Positions 1 to 11,562 of a DNA stretch of 64,000 nt are shown piece after piece. The position numbers and the translations under genes were made by a program. The stretch comes from Octopus sinensis (lineage: Eukaryota): contig NC_042997.1 of NCBI RefSeq assembly GCF_006345805.1, positions 210,862,001 to 210,926,000 on the forward strand, written 5' to 3'. The notes under the pieces were generated by a model. It saw only the letters and a list, made by a program, of their open reading frames with translations. It was not told the origin of the DNA and made no database searches. Each line of letters opens with the position of its first letter. Within the stretch, counting starts at the first letter, position 1.

Positions 1-1163
1 TGGTGGTGGCAGTGGTGGTGGTGGCAGTGGTGGTGGCGGTGGCGGGTGACGGTGGTGGTGGTGGTGGCAGTGGTGGTGGTGGCGGTGGCGAGTAACGGTG
101 GTGGGGTGGTGGTGGCGGTGGCGGGTGACGGTGGCGGTGGTGGTGGTGGCGGTGGCGGGTGACGGTGGCGGGTGGACGGTGGCAGTGGTGGTGGTGCGGT
201 GGGGTGGTAGCGGTGGCGGGTGACGGTGGCAGTGGTGGTGGTGGTGGCGGAGGCGGGTGACGGTGGTGGTGGTGGCGGTGGCGGGTGACGGTGGCAGTGG
301 TGGTGGTGGTGGTGGCGGTGGCGGGTACGGTGGTGGTGGTGGTGGCAGTGGTGGTGGTGGCGGTGGCGGGTAACGGTTGGGTGGCGTGGTGGTGGTGGCG
401 GAGGCGGGTGACGGTGGCAGTGGTGGTGGTGGTGGTGGCGGAGGCGGGTGACAGGTGGTGGTGGTGGTGGTGCGTGTGGCGGGTGACGGTGGTGGTGGTG
501 GTGGTGGCGGTGGGGGTGGGGGGTGACGGTGGCGGTGGTGGTGGTGGCGGTGGCGGGTGACGGTGGCAGTGGTGGTGGTGGTGGTGGCGGGTGACGGTGG
601 TGGTGGTGGTGGTGGTGGCGGGTGACGGTGGTGGTGTGGTGTTGGCGGTGGTGGTGGTAGCGGTGGTGGTGGTGGGGTGGTGGGGTGGTGGCGGTGGCGG
701 GTGACGGTGGTGGTGGTGGTGGTGGTGGCGGTGGTGGCGGTTAACGGTGTGGTGGTGGCGGTGGTGGTGGTGCGGAGGCGGGTGACTGGTGGTGGTGGTG
801 GTGGTGGTGGTGGCGGAGGCGGGTGACGGTGGTGGTGGTGGTGGTGCAGTGGTGGTGGTGGCGGTGCGGGTAACGGTGGCGGGTAACGGTGGTGGTGGCG
901 GAGGCGGGTGACGGTGGCAGTGTGGTGGTGGTGGTGGCGGAGGCGGGTGACGGTGGTGGTGGTTGGGTGGTGGTGGTGGTGGTGGTGGTGGTGGTGCGGG
1001 TGGCGGGTGGTGACGGTGCAGTGGTGGTGGTGGTGTGGTGGGGTGGCGGGTGACGGTGGCAGTGGTGGTGGTGGTGGTGGCGGTGGCGGGTGACGGTGGT
1101 GGTGGTGGTGGCGGTGGTGGTGGTGGCGGAGGCGGGTGACGGTGGTGGTGGTAGAGGTGTCAC
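1..1163. repeat. G-rich degenerate minisatellite: (GGT)n punctuated by GGCGGTGGCGGGTGAC
   Basis: Continuous GGT/GGC triplets with a recurring GCGGGTGAC motif every ~25-50 bp; overlapping ORFs are poly-V/W/T/P artefacts. Confidence 0.95.
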
Positions 1164-1389
1164 AGCAGTAATGGATTCACTCCATATTCTTCATATTAAC
1201 ACTATTGTTGTTGTTGCTCTTGCTATCACTATTGCTATTTGAATTCTTATTGCTGCTGTTGTGTTGTTGTTCTCATGATATTGGTGCTCTTAGATTATCT
1301 GCAACTATTTGCAACGGTTGTTGTTGTTGTTGTTGTTGTTATTGTTGTTGTTGATCTGGTTGTTAATACTCTCTTTACTCTTTTACTCT

Positions 1390-1794
1390 TTTTCTTGTTT
1401 CAGTCATTTGACTGCGGCCATGCTGGAGCACAACCCTTTAGTCGAGCAAATCGACCCCGGGACTTATTCTTTATAAGCCCAGTACTTATTCTATCGGTCT
1501 CTTTTGCCGAACCGCTAAGTTACGGGGACGTAAACACACCAGCATCGGTTGTCAAGCAATGCTAGGGGGACAAACACAGACGCACAAACATATACACACA
1601 CATACATATATATATATATACATATATACGACAGGCTTCTTTCAGTTTCCGTCTACCAAATCCACTCACAAGGCATTGGTCGGCCCGGGGCTATAGTAGA
1701 AGACACTTGCCCAAGGTGCCACGCAGTGGGACTGAACCCGGAACCATGTGGTTGGTTAGCAAGCTACTTACCACACAGCCACTCCTGCGCCTAT
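1390..1794 (-). mobile_element. SINE family A (tRNA head, CORE-like block, internal microsatellite)
   Basis: Minus strand reads GGCGCAGGAGTGGCTGTGTGG (A box), GGTTCAGTCCC (B box), GGCACCTTGGGCAAGTG (CORE-like), then tail GTCAAATGACTGAAACAAG; many homologues in the window. Confidence 0.9.
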
Positions 1795-1865
1795 GTCGTT
1801 GTTCTCGTTAATATTGTCTTTCTTTCGCCGGTGTCGAAGTTGTCAGTATTGCCAACATACACCGA

Positions 1866-2290
1866 GGCGGCGAGCGGGCAGAATCGTTGGCACGCCGGAC
1901 CAAATGCTCAGCGGCATTTCGTCCGTCTTTACGTTCTAAGTTCAAATTCTGCCGAGGTTGGCTTTAGCTTTCATCATTTCAGGATCAATAAAATGAATAC
2001 CAGTTGTAAACTGGGGGCGATGTAATCGATTTACTCCGCCCACATCCCCGAAAATTCTGGCCTTGTGCCAAATTTTAAAACCACTACTACTAATACATGC
2101 CTTTATGTGATATCGTTTCTCTTCGCCCGTCGCTACGTTCTGAATTCTAATTCCGCCGAGGTCGACTTTACCATTCATCCTTCCGAGATCAATAAATTAA
2201 GTACCAGTTGTGCACTTGGGGCCGATGTAACTGACTATACACCTCCCCTCCCCCAAATTTCTGGCCTTGTGCCTATAATAGAAAGGATTA
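1866..2290 (+). mobile_element. Two degenerate SINE family B copies
   Basis: GGCAGAATCGTT...GTTCAAATTCTGCCGAGG...TTTCATC...AATAAA..ACCAGTT motif twice, matching the cleaner copy at 58430-58660. Confidence 0.75.
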
Positions 2291-2635
2291 TGTTATACCG
2301 TTCTTGTTTCGCCTCAACTGACCAATCATCGAAGGCGTTCTTGTCGTGGTCGAGTATAACTAGGACTACATAACCCAATGTATCTTTCCTATTGAAGATG
2401 ATCTGTTTGATGGGAACTTAACTTCTACTTCTAGCAGATCAGTGATTACGTATAGGCAACTTGTTTGTATTTCCAGAGAGTCGGTTTTTCATACGAGGAG
2501 GTTGAGTTGTGGCTGATATGCTGTTTTGTGTCTTCGCTGATTCCAGGTGGTCCACCAAAACTCGCTACCTGAAACCTCATCGATGACAGGTGAGTGTGTG
2601 AGTGCGTGTATGAGAGGGTGTGCATGTGCATACAT

Positions 2636-3090
2636 ATGTTTCTTTACTACCCACAAGGGGCTAAACACAGAAGGGACAAACAAGGACAGACAAACGGATT
2701 AAGTTGATTAAATCGACCCCAGTGCGTAACTGGTACTTAATTTATCGACCCCCGAAAGGATGAAAGGCAAAGTCGACCTCGGCGGAATTTGAACTCAGAA
2801 CGTAACGGCAGACGAAATATCTATTTCTTTACTACCCACAAGGGGCTAAACACAGAGGGGACAAACAAGGACAGACAAACGGATTAAGTCGATTACATCG
2901 ACCCCAGTGCGTAACTGGTACTTAATTTATAGACCCCGAAAGGATGAAAGGTAAAGTCGATCTCGGCGGAATTTGAACTCAGTGCGTAACGGCAGACTAA
3001 ATACGGCTACGCATTTCGCCCGGCGTGCTAACTTTTAAAGGTAAAGTCGACCTCGGTGGAATTTGAACTCTGAATGTAAAGGCAGACGAA
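2636..3090 (-). mobile_element. SINE family B, tandem multimer (~185-bp units)
   Basis: Two near-identical units offset by 185 bp (2642 vs 2827) plus a further partial head. Confidence 0.9.
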
Positions 3091-3109
3091 GAGCATGTGT
3101 ATACATAGG

Positions 3110-3435
3110 TTATACTTTTGTATGTTCGCACACCCACGCGCGTGCGCACATACACCACGCACATGCACACGCCCTCCTCCTTCCTCTTAACTCACTCCAT
3201 TGAGCTCCATCTCTGCCTAATCCTCGCCTGGCCCCTAATCCTCGCCTGTTTTCCTCTCGGCAACTCTTCCTCTTTCTCAGTCCTCCTGCGCTTTTCTTCT
3301 GATGAAGGACCAACGTCCGAAACGTTGAGACTCTTTCCTTCCCCATTTCAGCGTTGATATATTTATTAAAATGTTTTCTTTCCTGTGTTGTCTATTTTGT
3401 TGTTGTTTTTGTTCATTAAATTTGCAGTGCACGTA
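3110..3435 (+). mobile_element. PLE 3' terminal fragment
   Basis: Pyrimidine-rich body, hammerhead motif, T-rich tail, then microsatellite; same layout as the end of the Neptune copy. Confidence 0.6.
3295..3330 (+). ncRNA. Minimal hammerhead ribozyme motif, canonical core
   Basis: TCTT-CTGATGA-A-GGAC(CAAC)GTCC-GAAAC-GTT-GAGA: CUGAUGA core, 4-bp stem II, palindromic ACGU stem III, 4-bp stem I. Confidence 0.8.
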
Positions 3436-3439
3436 AATG

Positions 3440-3790
3440 TATGTGTGTGTGAGAGAGAGAGAATAAGAGAGAGCGAGTGTGTGAGAGAGAGAGAGAGGGA
3501 GAAAGAGAGAGCGAGTGTGTGTGTGAGAGAGAGGGAGAAAGAGAGAGAGTGTGTGTGTGAGAAAGAAAGAAAGAGAGAGAGAGTGTATGTGTGTGAGAAA
3601 GAAAGAAAGAGAGAGCGAGTGTGTGTGTGAGAGAGGGAGAAAGAAAGAGAGAGAGCGAGTGTGTGTGAGAGAGAGAGAGAGAAAGAAAGGAAGAGCGAGT
3701 GTGTGTGTGAGAGAGAGGGAGAGAGAAAGAGAGAGAAAGCGTGTGTGTGGGGAGAGAGAGAGAGAGAGAGAGACTGTGTATGCGTGCGCG
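3440..3790. repeat. Compound (GA)n/(GT)n microsatellite
   Basis: Direct reading of the sequence. Confidence 0.95.
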
Positions 3791-4182
3791 CGCATATATG
3801 AATGTTGAGGTTATGTGTAAGATGGAATATTGTGTAGAAATGAAAGTTATTTCGTCTTCTTTCTTTTACCAGAAGAGGAAATGGTTTCCAGCCAACTAGT
3901 TTTCTATTGTCTGTGACAGCGGCGAGGCAAGAAGTCTTGTCTTCGATTCGCGAAACTGGAGGAATCCAGACGTTACTTGGAACTAAGAGATTTCAGTCTC
4001 AGCTTGAAGTGGTTCCTTTTATATGATAACCTCTTGCCATCGGTTGAAACCTGCTGATGGAACCTCGAAACTCTCTGCTCGCCTACAACCTGCTCGGAAC
4101 CCAAAGAACGCAACCAAGGAATGCAATGTTTACGATTAATCACCTCCCACGTTGGCAAAGAACACAAGATCACCCACTTCTG

Positions 4183-4564
4183 TGGAAGCACTCCGTCGGT
4201 TACGACGATGAGGGTTCCGGTTGATCCGATCAATGGAACAGTCTGCTTGTGAAATTAACGTGTAAGTGGCTGAGCACTCCACAGACACGTGTACCCTTAA
4301 CGTAGTTCTCGGGGATATTCAGCGTGACACAGAGAGTGACAAGGCCGGCCCCTTGAAATACAGGTACAACAGAAACAGGAAGTAAGAGTGAGAGAAAGTT
4401 GTGGTGAAAGAGTACAGCAGGGATCACCACCATCCCCTGCCGGAGCCTCATGGAGCTTTAGATGTTTTCCCTCAATAAACACTCACAACGCCCGGTCTGG
4501 GAATCGAAACCGCGATCCTATGACCGCGAGTCCGCTGCCCTAACCACTGGGCCATTGCGACTCC
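4183..4564 (-). mobile_element. SINE family C (tRNA-Arg-like head)
   Basis: Reverse complement of the 34823 and 37779 copies; flanked by the duplication ACCCACTTCT (4172-4181, 4566-4575). Confidence 0.93.
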
Positions 4565-4858
4565 TACCCACTTCTACACGTTATTTGAAACGGCACGAAA
4601 TTCTTCAACTTTCATATCACTTTCTTAATTGCCATCTTTCTTTCCCGTCTTCACACTAAAATTGTCAATTTAAATGCTGTATATAATAATTGCACTAATG
4701 AGACCCACATAGGTGGAAACAAAGTCGCCCGGGCGTAGACTTTCGAGCATTTTGAATGCCTACAAATAACAGGGCATTCGTCTGTTTTTTTCTTTCTCGT
4801 TCTTCGTTGACTAATTCCTAAGCAGTACAACTTTCACCCACGATTCAAAAACACAACT

Positions 4859-4892
<34 letters not shown>

Positions 4893-5379
4893 CTTGCTTT
4901 CTCTCCTGCCCTCTCTCTCTCTCTCTCTTCCTCTCTCCTTCTTGCTTTCTCTCCCGCCCTCTCTCTCTTACTTTCTCTCGATCTCTCTTTCTCTCGTTCC
5001 ACTCTATATGTGTCTATATACATATATGTATATATATATATATATATATAATATATATATATATATATTATATATTATATTATATTAGAGATAAAACCAC
5101 TATTAGGCAAATCAAACAATTAAAAACTTAAGCCAATACATAAAATTAATTGATTTATATTATTTTAAATATATATCAAAATTATTAAAAGTTTAATAAA
5201 AGATAATGAGTAAAACACTACGATCGTTTCATGGCTGTCCAATTCGTAATAATTCGAGTATATATGAAGCCGTATAGTTATAGACACGAATGTATATACG
5301 TGTGTATGCGTGTGTATTATTATATAACAAAACAGGAAATTGAAATTTTGGGGCTGGTATTATATATTCTCCATTATAA

Positions 5380-5775
5380 GGCGGCGAGGTGGCAGAATCG
5401 TTAGCACCCCGGGCAAAATGCTTTGCGGTATTTCGTCTGCCGCTACGTTCTGGGTACAAATTCCGCCGATGTCGACTTTGCCTTTCGTCTTTTTCGGGGC
5501 CGATGAATTAACTACCAGTTGCGCATAAGGGGCGATGTAATCGACTTAATACCTATGTCTGTCCTTGTTTGTCCCCTCTATGTTTAGCCCCTTGTGGGCA
5601 ATAAAGAAATAGGTATTTCGTCTGCCGCTACGTTCTGAGTTCAAATTCCGCCGATGTCGACTTTGCCTTTCGTCTTTTTCGGGGCCGATGAATTAACTAC
5701 CAGTTGCGTACTGGGGTCGATCTAATCGACTGCCCACCCACCACCAAAAATTTCGGGCCTTGTGCCTAGTGTAGT
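5380..5775 (+). mobile_element. SINE family B, tandem multimer
   Basis: Head GGCGAGGTGGCAGAATCGTTAGCAC; after the tail AAAGAAATAG the sequence re-enters at GTATTTCGTCTGCCG (5612/5613). Confidence 0.88.
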
Positions 5776-6246
5776 AAATATTTGATTAAACTGACATACA
5801 CTTGTACAAACCAGTGGCAAGCATTGTAATAAGACTGACAGCTCCATCGACAGCAGGTCTGATGTCAGAGTGTACCTTCTCTTCTTAGCGTTTAACCACC
5901 AAAGAATATCTACAACTCAGCCGGGATTTGAACAATGTGTATTTATTTGCACCCAAGTGGATGATCGTTGAGTCACATGATTTCGTCCAATCCTTAAAAG
6001 GGTCTTGCTTTTTTTATGCTGCAATATTTGTTCAAAAATCACGCTTCTCACCAAGCATGCTTGGTGGGGTTCAGAGTTTGGTTGCTGATAGCCCAACCAT
6101 GCGACAGGTTGAGCTGGGTTTCATATTACAATAGCACTCTAGAATGACATGACATACACACACACACACATACGGACGCACATCCACACACACGGCACAT
6201 ACTCACACTCACACACACATACACACATGCATGCATACATACATAC

Positions 6247-6438
6247 ATACATCATCATCATTCATCATTGTTCGACCGTGGTCGAGACAATGGAATTTAC
6301 CATGCTACGCCAGACTTCACGGTCCATCATGGCATTATGGAGGTCCTGTTGCTGGATGCCTGTATCCCTGGAGATTACATCAGGGTAGGAGAGTGTGCGC
6401 CCTCTGGTATTACGAGTAGATGGCAAGTAGATGGCTTC
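6247..6438 (-). mobile_element. RTE-type LINE 3' end fragment
   Basis: Minus frame RTLSYPDVISRDTG...AMMDREVWR resembles RTE C-termini and is followed by a (GAT)n tail. Confidence 0.65.
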
Positions 6439-6679
6439 CATAGATACATACATACATACATACATACATACATACATACATACATACATACATACATACA
6501 TACATACATACTGTTTCGAATGAAAAATTATATTCAAATAATTTCTCGTTCGTACGACGCCGAATTAGAACACCGATCTCTGGTTTTGCAGTCAAGACGA
6601 AAAATATAATTCATTGTGGTCACGTGACAGTTTAAAGCGCAGGTGGTGTGATTTGGCGCGCTTTTTACTTCGTGAGCGA

Positions 6680-7790
6680 ACTATGAATACTATTATTGAA
6701 CACGTGCCGAGTGAGTCCATGCTGGGAGTCGTTATCCCATCAATGTGTGTTTGCCACAGACCCACAAAATGCCCCGAAAACACAAGGCTTACATTACGAC
6801 ATACGCCAAAAGCACGGTAATCGAACGCATGATTACCAAGTGGGTAATCAGAGTGAGCTTGCCGGGCTGAGGCGAAACTGGAATGCACCAAATGCATATT
6901 AATCGATAGAGAAAAATACACAAAATGGAAAGAATCATTTGGTTCACTAATTGACCCGTTAGGAGAGGAGGTAGAATACGAAACCCTACCTCCGGTCGTT
7001 GATTACAAAGACATAATACAGTATTTGAACTAGTAAATACAGTAACTGAAATTTTTAGTGCTGAAAATTTGGTAAAAACTGAAAACAAAAACAGTTAAAT
7101 GTAACCACCAGAGTGCGGGGTTCGAGTGACTAGTTTACCGTCAGCAAAAAAAAAAGTAAAAGAAGAGGGAGAAATCACTACCAGAACCAGAAAGAAATGC
7201 CCAGCCCAAGTCCCACCCATCCCGCGCACACATAGCCACTTGAAATGACCATATTGTTTTAGAACTTCGTGATACAGACGATACGCGCTATCGAACCCAG
7301 AAATATGAACATAGGATACACAATGGGATTCTTATTTTTTCTATGTCCAGAGACAATTATAACAAGTTTACAAATAAATACAGTAAAGATATGGGGCCCT
7401 TGAGGTTGGACTTTTCCTCACACTTGTTTGAAGGCCTCATGGATATTACCCTGCAAGCCTCGGAGGAAGAAGGGGTAAGTAACTGAATTCTTCCATGAAT
7501 ACTCTTAATTTTGGATGTAAACATGTACGCGACCTGAGGTCGAGGCGGAAACAAGCCCGTTTCTTACATGACCTCAGGTCGCCCAGTCTGCGAAAGAGGT
7601 CGTGTGGAAGACCCGTGTGAAAGGTACTGTGACAGGCACTTTCATCTCCAGCCTTGGTCTGGTGAGATTCTTAACACTCCACCTAAAAAGGAAGCTAAGG
7701 GTGGGGAAGGATGTATACAAGAAAAAATGGAAAATAGTAGCAAGAACGGTAGGAGTGAACGTCTCCAATTAAGAGTGTCCTGAAAGTCTT
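6680..7790 (+). other. Unassigned coding-like block (decayed ORF or exon candidates)
   Basis: Non-repetitive sequence with successive open frames of about 58, 84 and 63 codons; possible exon 7263-7474 (ttttag|...GGG|gtaagt). No family recognised. Confidence 0.25.
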
Positions 7791-8409
7791 CCTTAAAGTA
7801 GCAGTGGAGGGGGAGGGGGCTTGCGGGGCCGAAAGCGGAACCCGTTCCCCACTTCATTGTTTGTCCTTTTGTACCGTTTCTCCTTCGAACTTTTAACAAT
7901 ATTTTAAAGGTTGTTATTCGATTGTTCCTATTTGTTTTTTCATACCAGCCCCAGTTCTCTGTATCGACCCCTCTATGTTTATCCCCTGTAGGAGGTGAGG
8001 TTGACGTATGTGAGTGGTTTGCGTGAATAGTTGATACGGCAGTCGATGTTCGAGATGGTTCCGGGCAATTCGCGTGGAACAGTTGAAACAGTATTTGGAA
8101 TCGAGTGTGAAGTTGGTTTCGGCGGTTGATGTGAACCGTGAGATCTTTGCTGCTGGGAGCTTGGTTGTAAGTCGGTTCATTGCGAAGGTGAATGTGAGTC
8201 GGTTAATGCGAACGGGGGCGCTTTTGCAAAGGTGGAAGGTTTTGAACTTGCTGCGAAAATAGTCAGTGTGAAGTTGACAACGGAAAGAATACGGAATGGC
8301 ACCGTGAATCCGGAAGTAACAACAGTCCAGTCGAAAAAACGATTAAAGAAAAAAAAAGAAAAGAAATCATTAGACTGGTGAATAAAAGATGAGCTCAGCA
8401 AAAGAAGTC

Positions 8410-8654
8410 GGCACTACTTGAGAACAGTGGTCCCGGTGCGCGCACTCGCGTAGTCGCGCATCCGCGCTAGCTAGTCGTGACTAGTCGATCCTACAACGAC
8501 TACCTAGCAAAGTAAATAAAACACGAAATAAATAATTTTTTAAACAATGTAAATAAAACACAAAAACACAAAGGATCGACTAGTCATGACTAGCTAGAGC
8601 GGATACGCGTCTACGCGAGTGCGCGCAGCGGGACCACTGTTCTCAAGTAGTACC
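8410..8654. mobile_element. MITE with 83-bp TIRs and 8-bp TSD (Merlin-like)
   Basis: TIRs 8410-8492 and 8572-8654 (6 mismatches), termini GG(C/T)AC, TSD AAGAAGTC at 8402-8409 and 8655-8662. Confidence 0.85.
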
Positions 8655-8911
8655 AAGAAGTCTACACATTTCAGAGGTAAATGAAAGAACCCTCTAAAGA
8701 ACTCTCTATTTATTCCATAAATGTTTGTTCGTTTCTTAACTAAAGTTCTTTTATTCCGTTTATTCTCAGAAGAATAGTTTTTTTTATTCTTTTGTTATTG
8801 TCAACTCTGCTGACTTCTTTGACTGCTGCTTCTCCCGCTCTGAGCAAGTTGGCTCACTGAGCTCACCTACGCTCTTCTGAGCTACGGATGCAGGCCGTTG
8901 GAGCATGTTGA

Positions 8912-9339
8912 GGATGTTTTCGATTTGAACGGCAGTTTTTTAAAAATAATTTCTAGGTAACTAAACACTTTTAAACTTCCTATACTGGTAGAATGTTTTT
9001 ATAAAACATCTTTTTCTCTTGCCTTTATTGAGAAGATTCTATAGTTTGTAAGATATTTGTTGTTACTTTTCTTCATTTTCTGCAATTTCAACCAATCACT
9101 GATGTCTATTGAGGTAAAAAGCATTCTGTGCCGTATGAAAATGTCCCTCGTTTAAGAAACAGATTGGGTTTATTTACATTTGTGAAGAAAAGAGATACCC
9201 TTCCCCCCATCCCTAACCCTAACCAACCCTAACCCTAAAACAGATTGAAATGCAATAGATCGATACTAGGGTCATAATTATGGGTGACAATTTCATATGA
9301 CACCGCTAGAAAAATCTGCCGTTCAAACCGAAAAGATCC
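8912..9339. mobile_element. MITE with ~30-bp TIRs, GG...CC ends, internal CCCTAA repeats
   Basis: GGATGTTTTCGATTTGAACGGCAG versus the reverse complement GGATCTTTTCGGTTTGAACGGCAG; flanks CATGTTGA/CATGTTGG (7/8). Confidence 0.7.
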
Positions 9340-9377
9340 CATGTTGGTGGTATCCGGAGGTCGCGCAGGGTGTAACA

Positions 9378-10140
<763 letters not shown>

Positions 10141-10151
10141 ATATATATATT

Positions 10152-10965
10152 TATTGACTGAAGATTGAAGGCTTCGAATGTCCCGTCCGTGTTTTTTTTG
10201 TGTCGTCTTCTAAATGTTTTGCGTTCTTGTCCCAGTTTGTATTTTTTTTACTTTTACATATGTACATAAGCGGCGACGTACCCCTTTTTGATCCTATACG
10301 TAAGTGTATATTCTTTAACACATGGTACGACTCGACAACACTGTCTCTCTCCCCACTCTCCTACATTTCTCTGCCTTTCACACTTTGCACTCCACTTGAT
10401 CTGTCTCTTTCTCTCTCTTTCTTCCCCTCCTCCTTTGTTCCTTGTTCCCCTTCTTTCTCTCTTCATCTGTCCCTCTTTTCCTCTCTCTTTCCCTCACGTG
10501 ACTAGCCACCGATTGCTGGCCTTTCGTGTCCAGCAGCCGTTGCGGCAAGACACACTTGTTTGTCTCTCTGTAGCCTTAAGGCTCTCTTCTAACGCCAGCT
10601 CAAAAATTTACTCGTCCTGTCGAAAAGACGCTTGTCTGTGACGTCCTGTTTTTGTTTTTATTATTATTATCATTATTGTTTTTACGTGTTTTTGTATTCT
10701 TATTCGTGTAACATCGTCCGGTTTTCCGTCCTTGTTTTGTATACGTTCGAGGCTTTCTTCCAAGGAATCTAATGCGCTTGGCTTAGATTTTCCTTTGGGG
10801 CTGGCCAGGTCGGAGCAATCTCAAGATTAATCAGCCGAAATTGCGAAGATGATCCGGTTCTTGACTGAAGATTGAAGGCTTCGAATGTCCCGTCCGTGTT
10901 TTTTTGTATCGTCTTCTAAATGTTTCACGTTCTTGTCCCAGTTTGTATTTTTTTACATAAAATAA
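10152..10965 (+). mobile_element. Non-coding element with ~100-bp terminal direct repeats (pLTR-like)
   Basis: TTGACTGAAGATTGAAGGCTTCGAATGTCCCG... at ~10155 and 10861; bounded by (TA)n on both sides. Confidence 0.6.
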
Positions 10966-11562
10966 TATATATATATATATCCTATATTCTACCAATACCA
11001 CTATCAACACTTACCTCTACCTTGGATTTTCTTTACCTCTTGGATACTTACCATTGGCTGCACCTCTCTTTCGCGGATCAAAGTGACTTTGCATTGCTGT
11101 GAAATCCTTAAAAAATATACCACGACGTCTACACATTTCTCACCTTGAACTTTCAACCTTGAACTTGTTCGCATAAACTGTCCCGTTTGTTGTATTTTTA
11201 TTTCCTCTTATATTACCACTTTTTTACATTCATTTCATGCTTCCCACATTTTCCTGAATTTTTGTTCTCCTTTCCGTCTTTCTTCCCTCTCTGGATGTCC
11301 ATACTCCGTTTCCTCTGCCTGCACCCCCCCTTTTTTGCCTCCCCTCTCTCTGCTTCCCTTCTTTCTTTCCCTTTTCCGTTTGCCCCGTCTTTTCTGCCCC
11401 TATCGCTTACTATCTAGTTTTTTCATACGATTATTATTTTTTTTTTTTTGAACGTTTGTTTTTTCCCCTTTTTCGGCTATCCTTTTTTCTATTTTTTCAT
11501 ACGATAATTTTTGTTTTTTGTTTTTTTTTGTTTTTTCGAACGTTTTTTTTCGCTATCCCATC

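Noticed and set aside
4058-4080. CTGATGGAACCTCGAAAC as a hammerhead
   Set aside because: The core is altered and no stem II forms.
6900-7010. NPTSGR motif suggesting a viral 2-Cys adaptor domain
   Set aside because: It is flanked by stops, and a different frame is the open one.
9211-9238. Telomere or chromosome-fusion scar
   Set aside because: Only about four imperfect units, and they lie inside a TIR element.
10158-10190. CTGAAGA...GAATGTC as a hammerhead
   Set aside because: No GAAA, no stem III and no stem I pairing.
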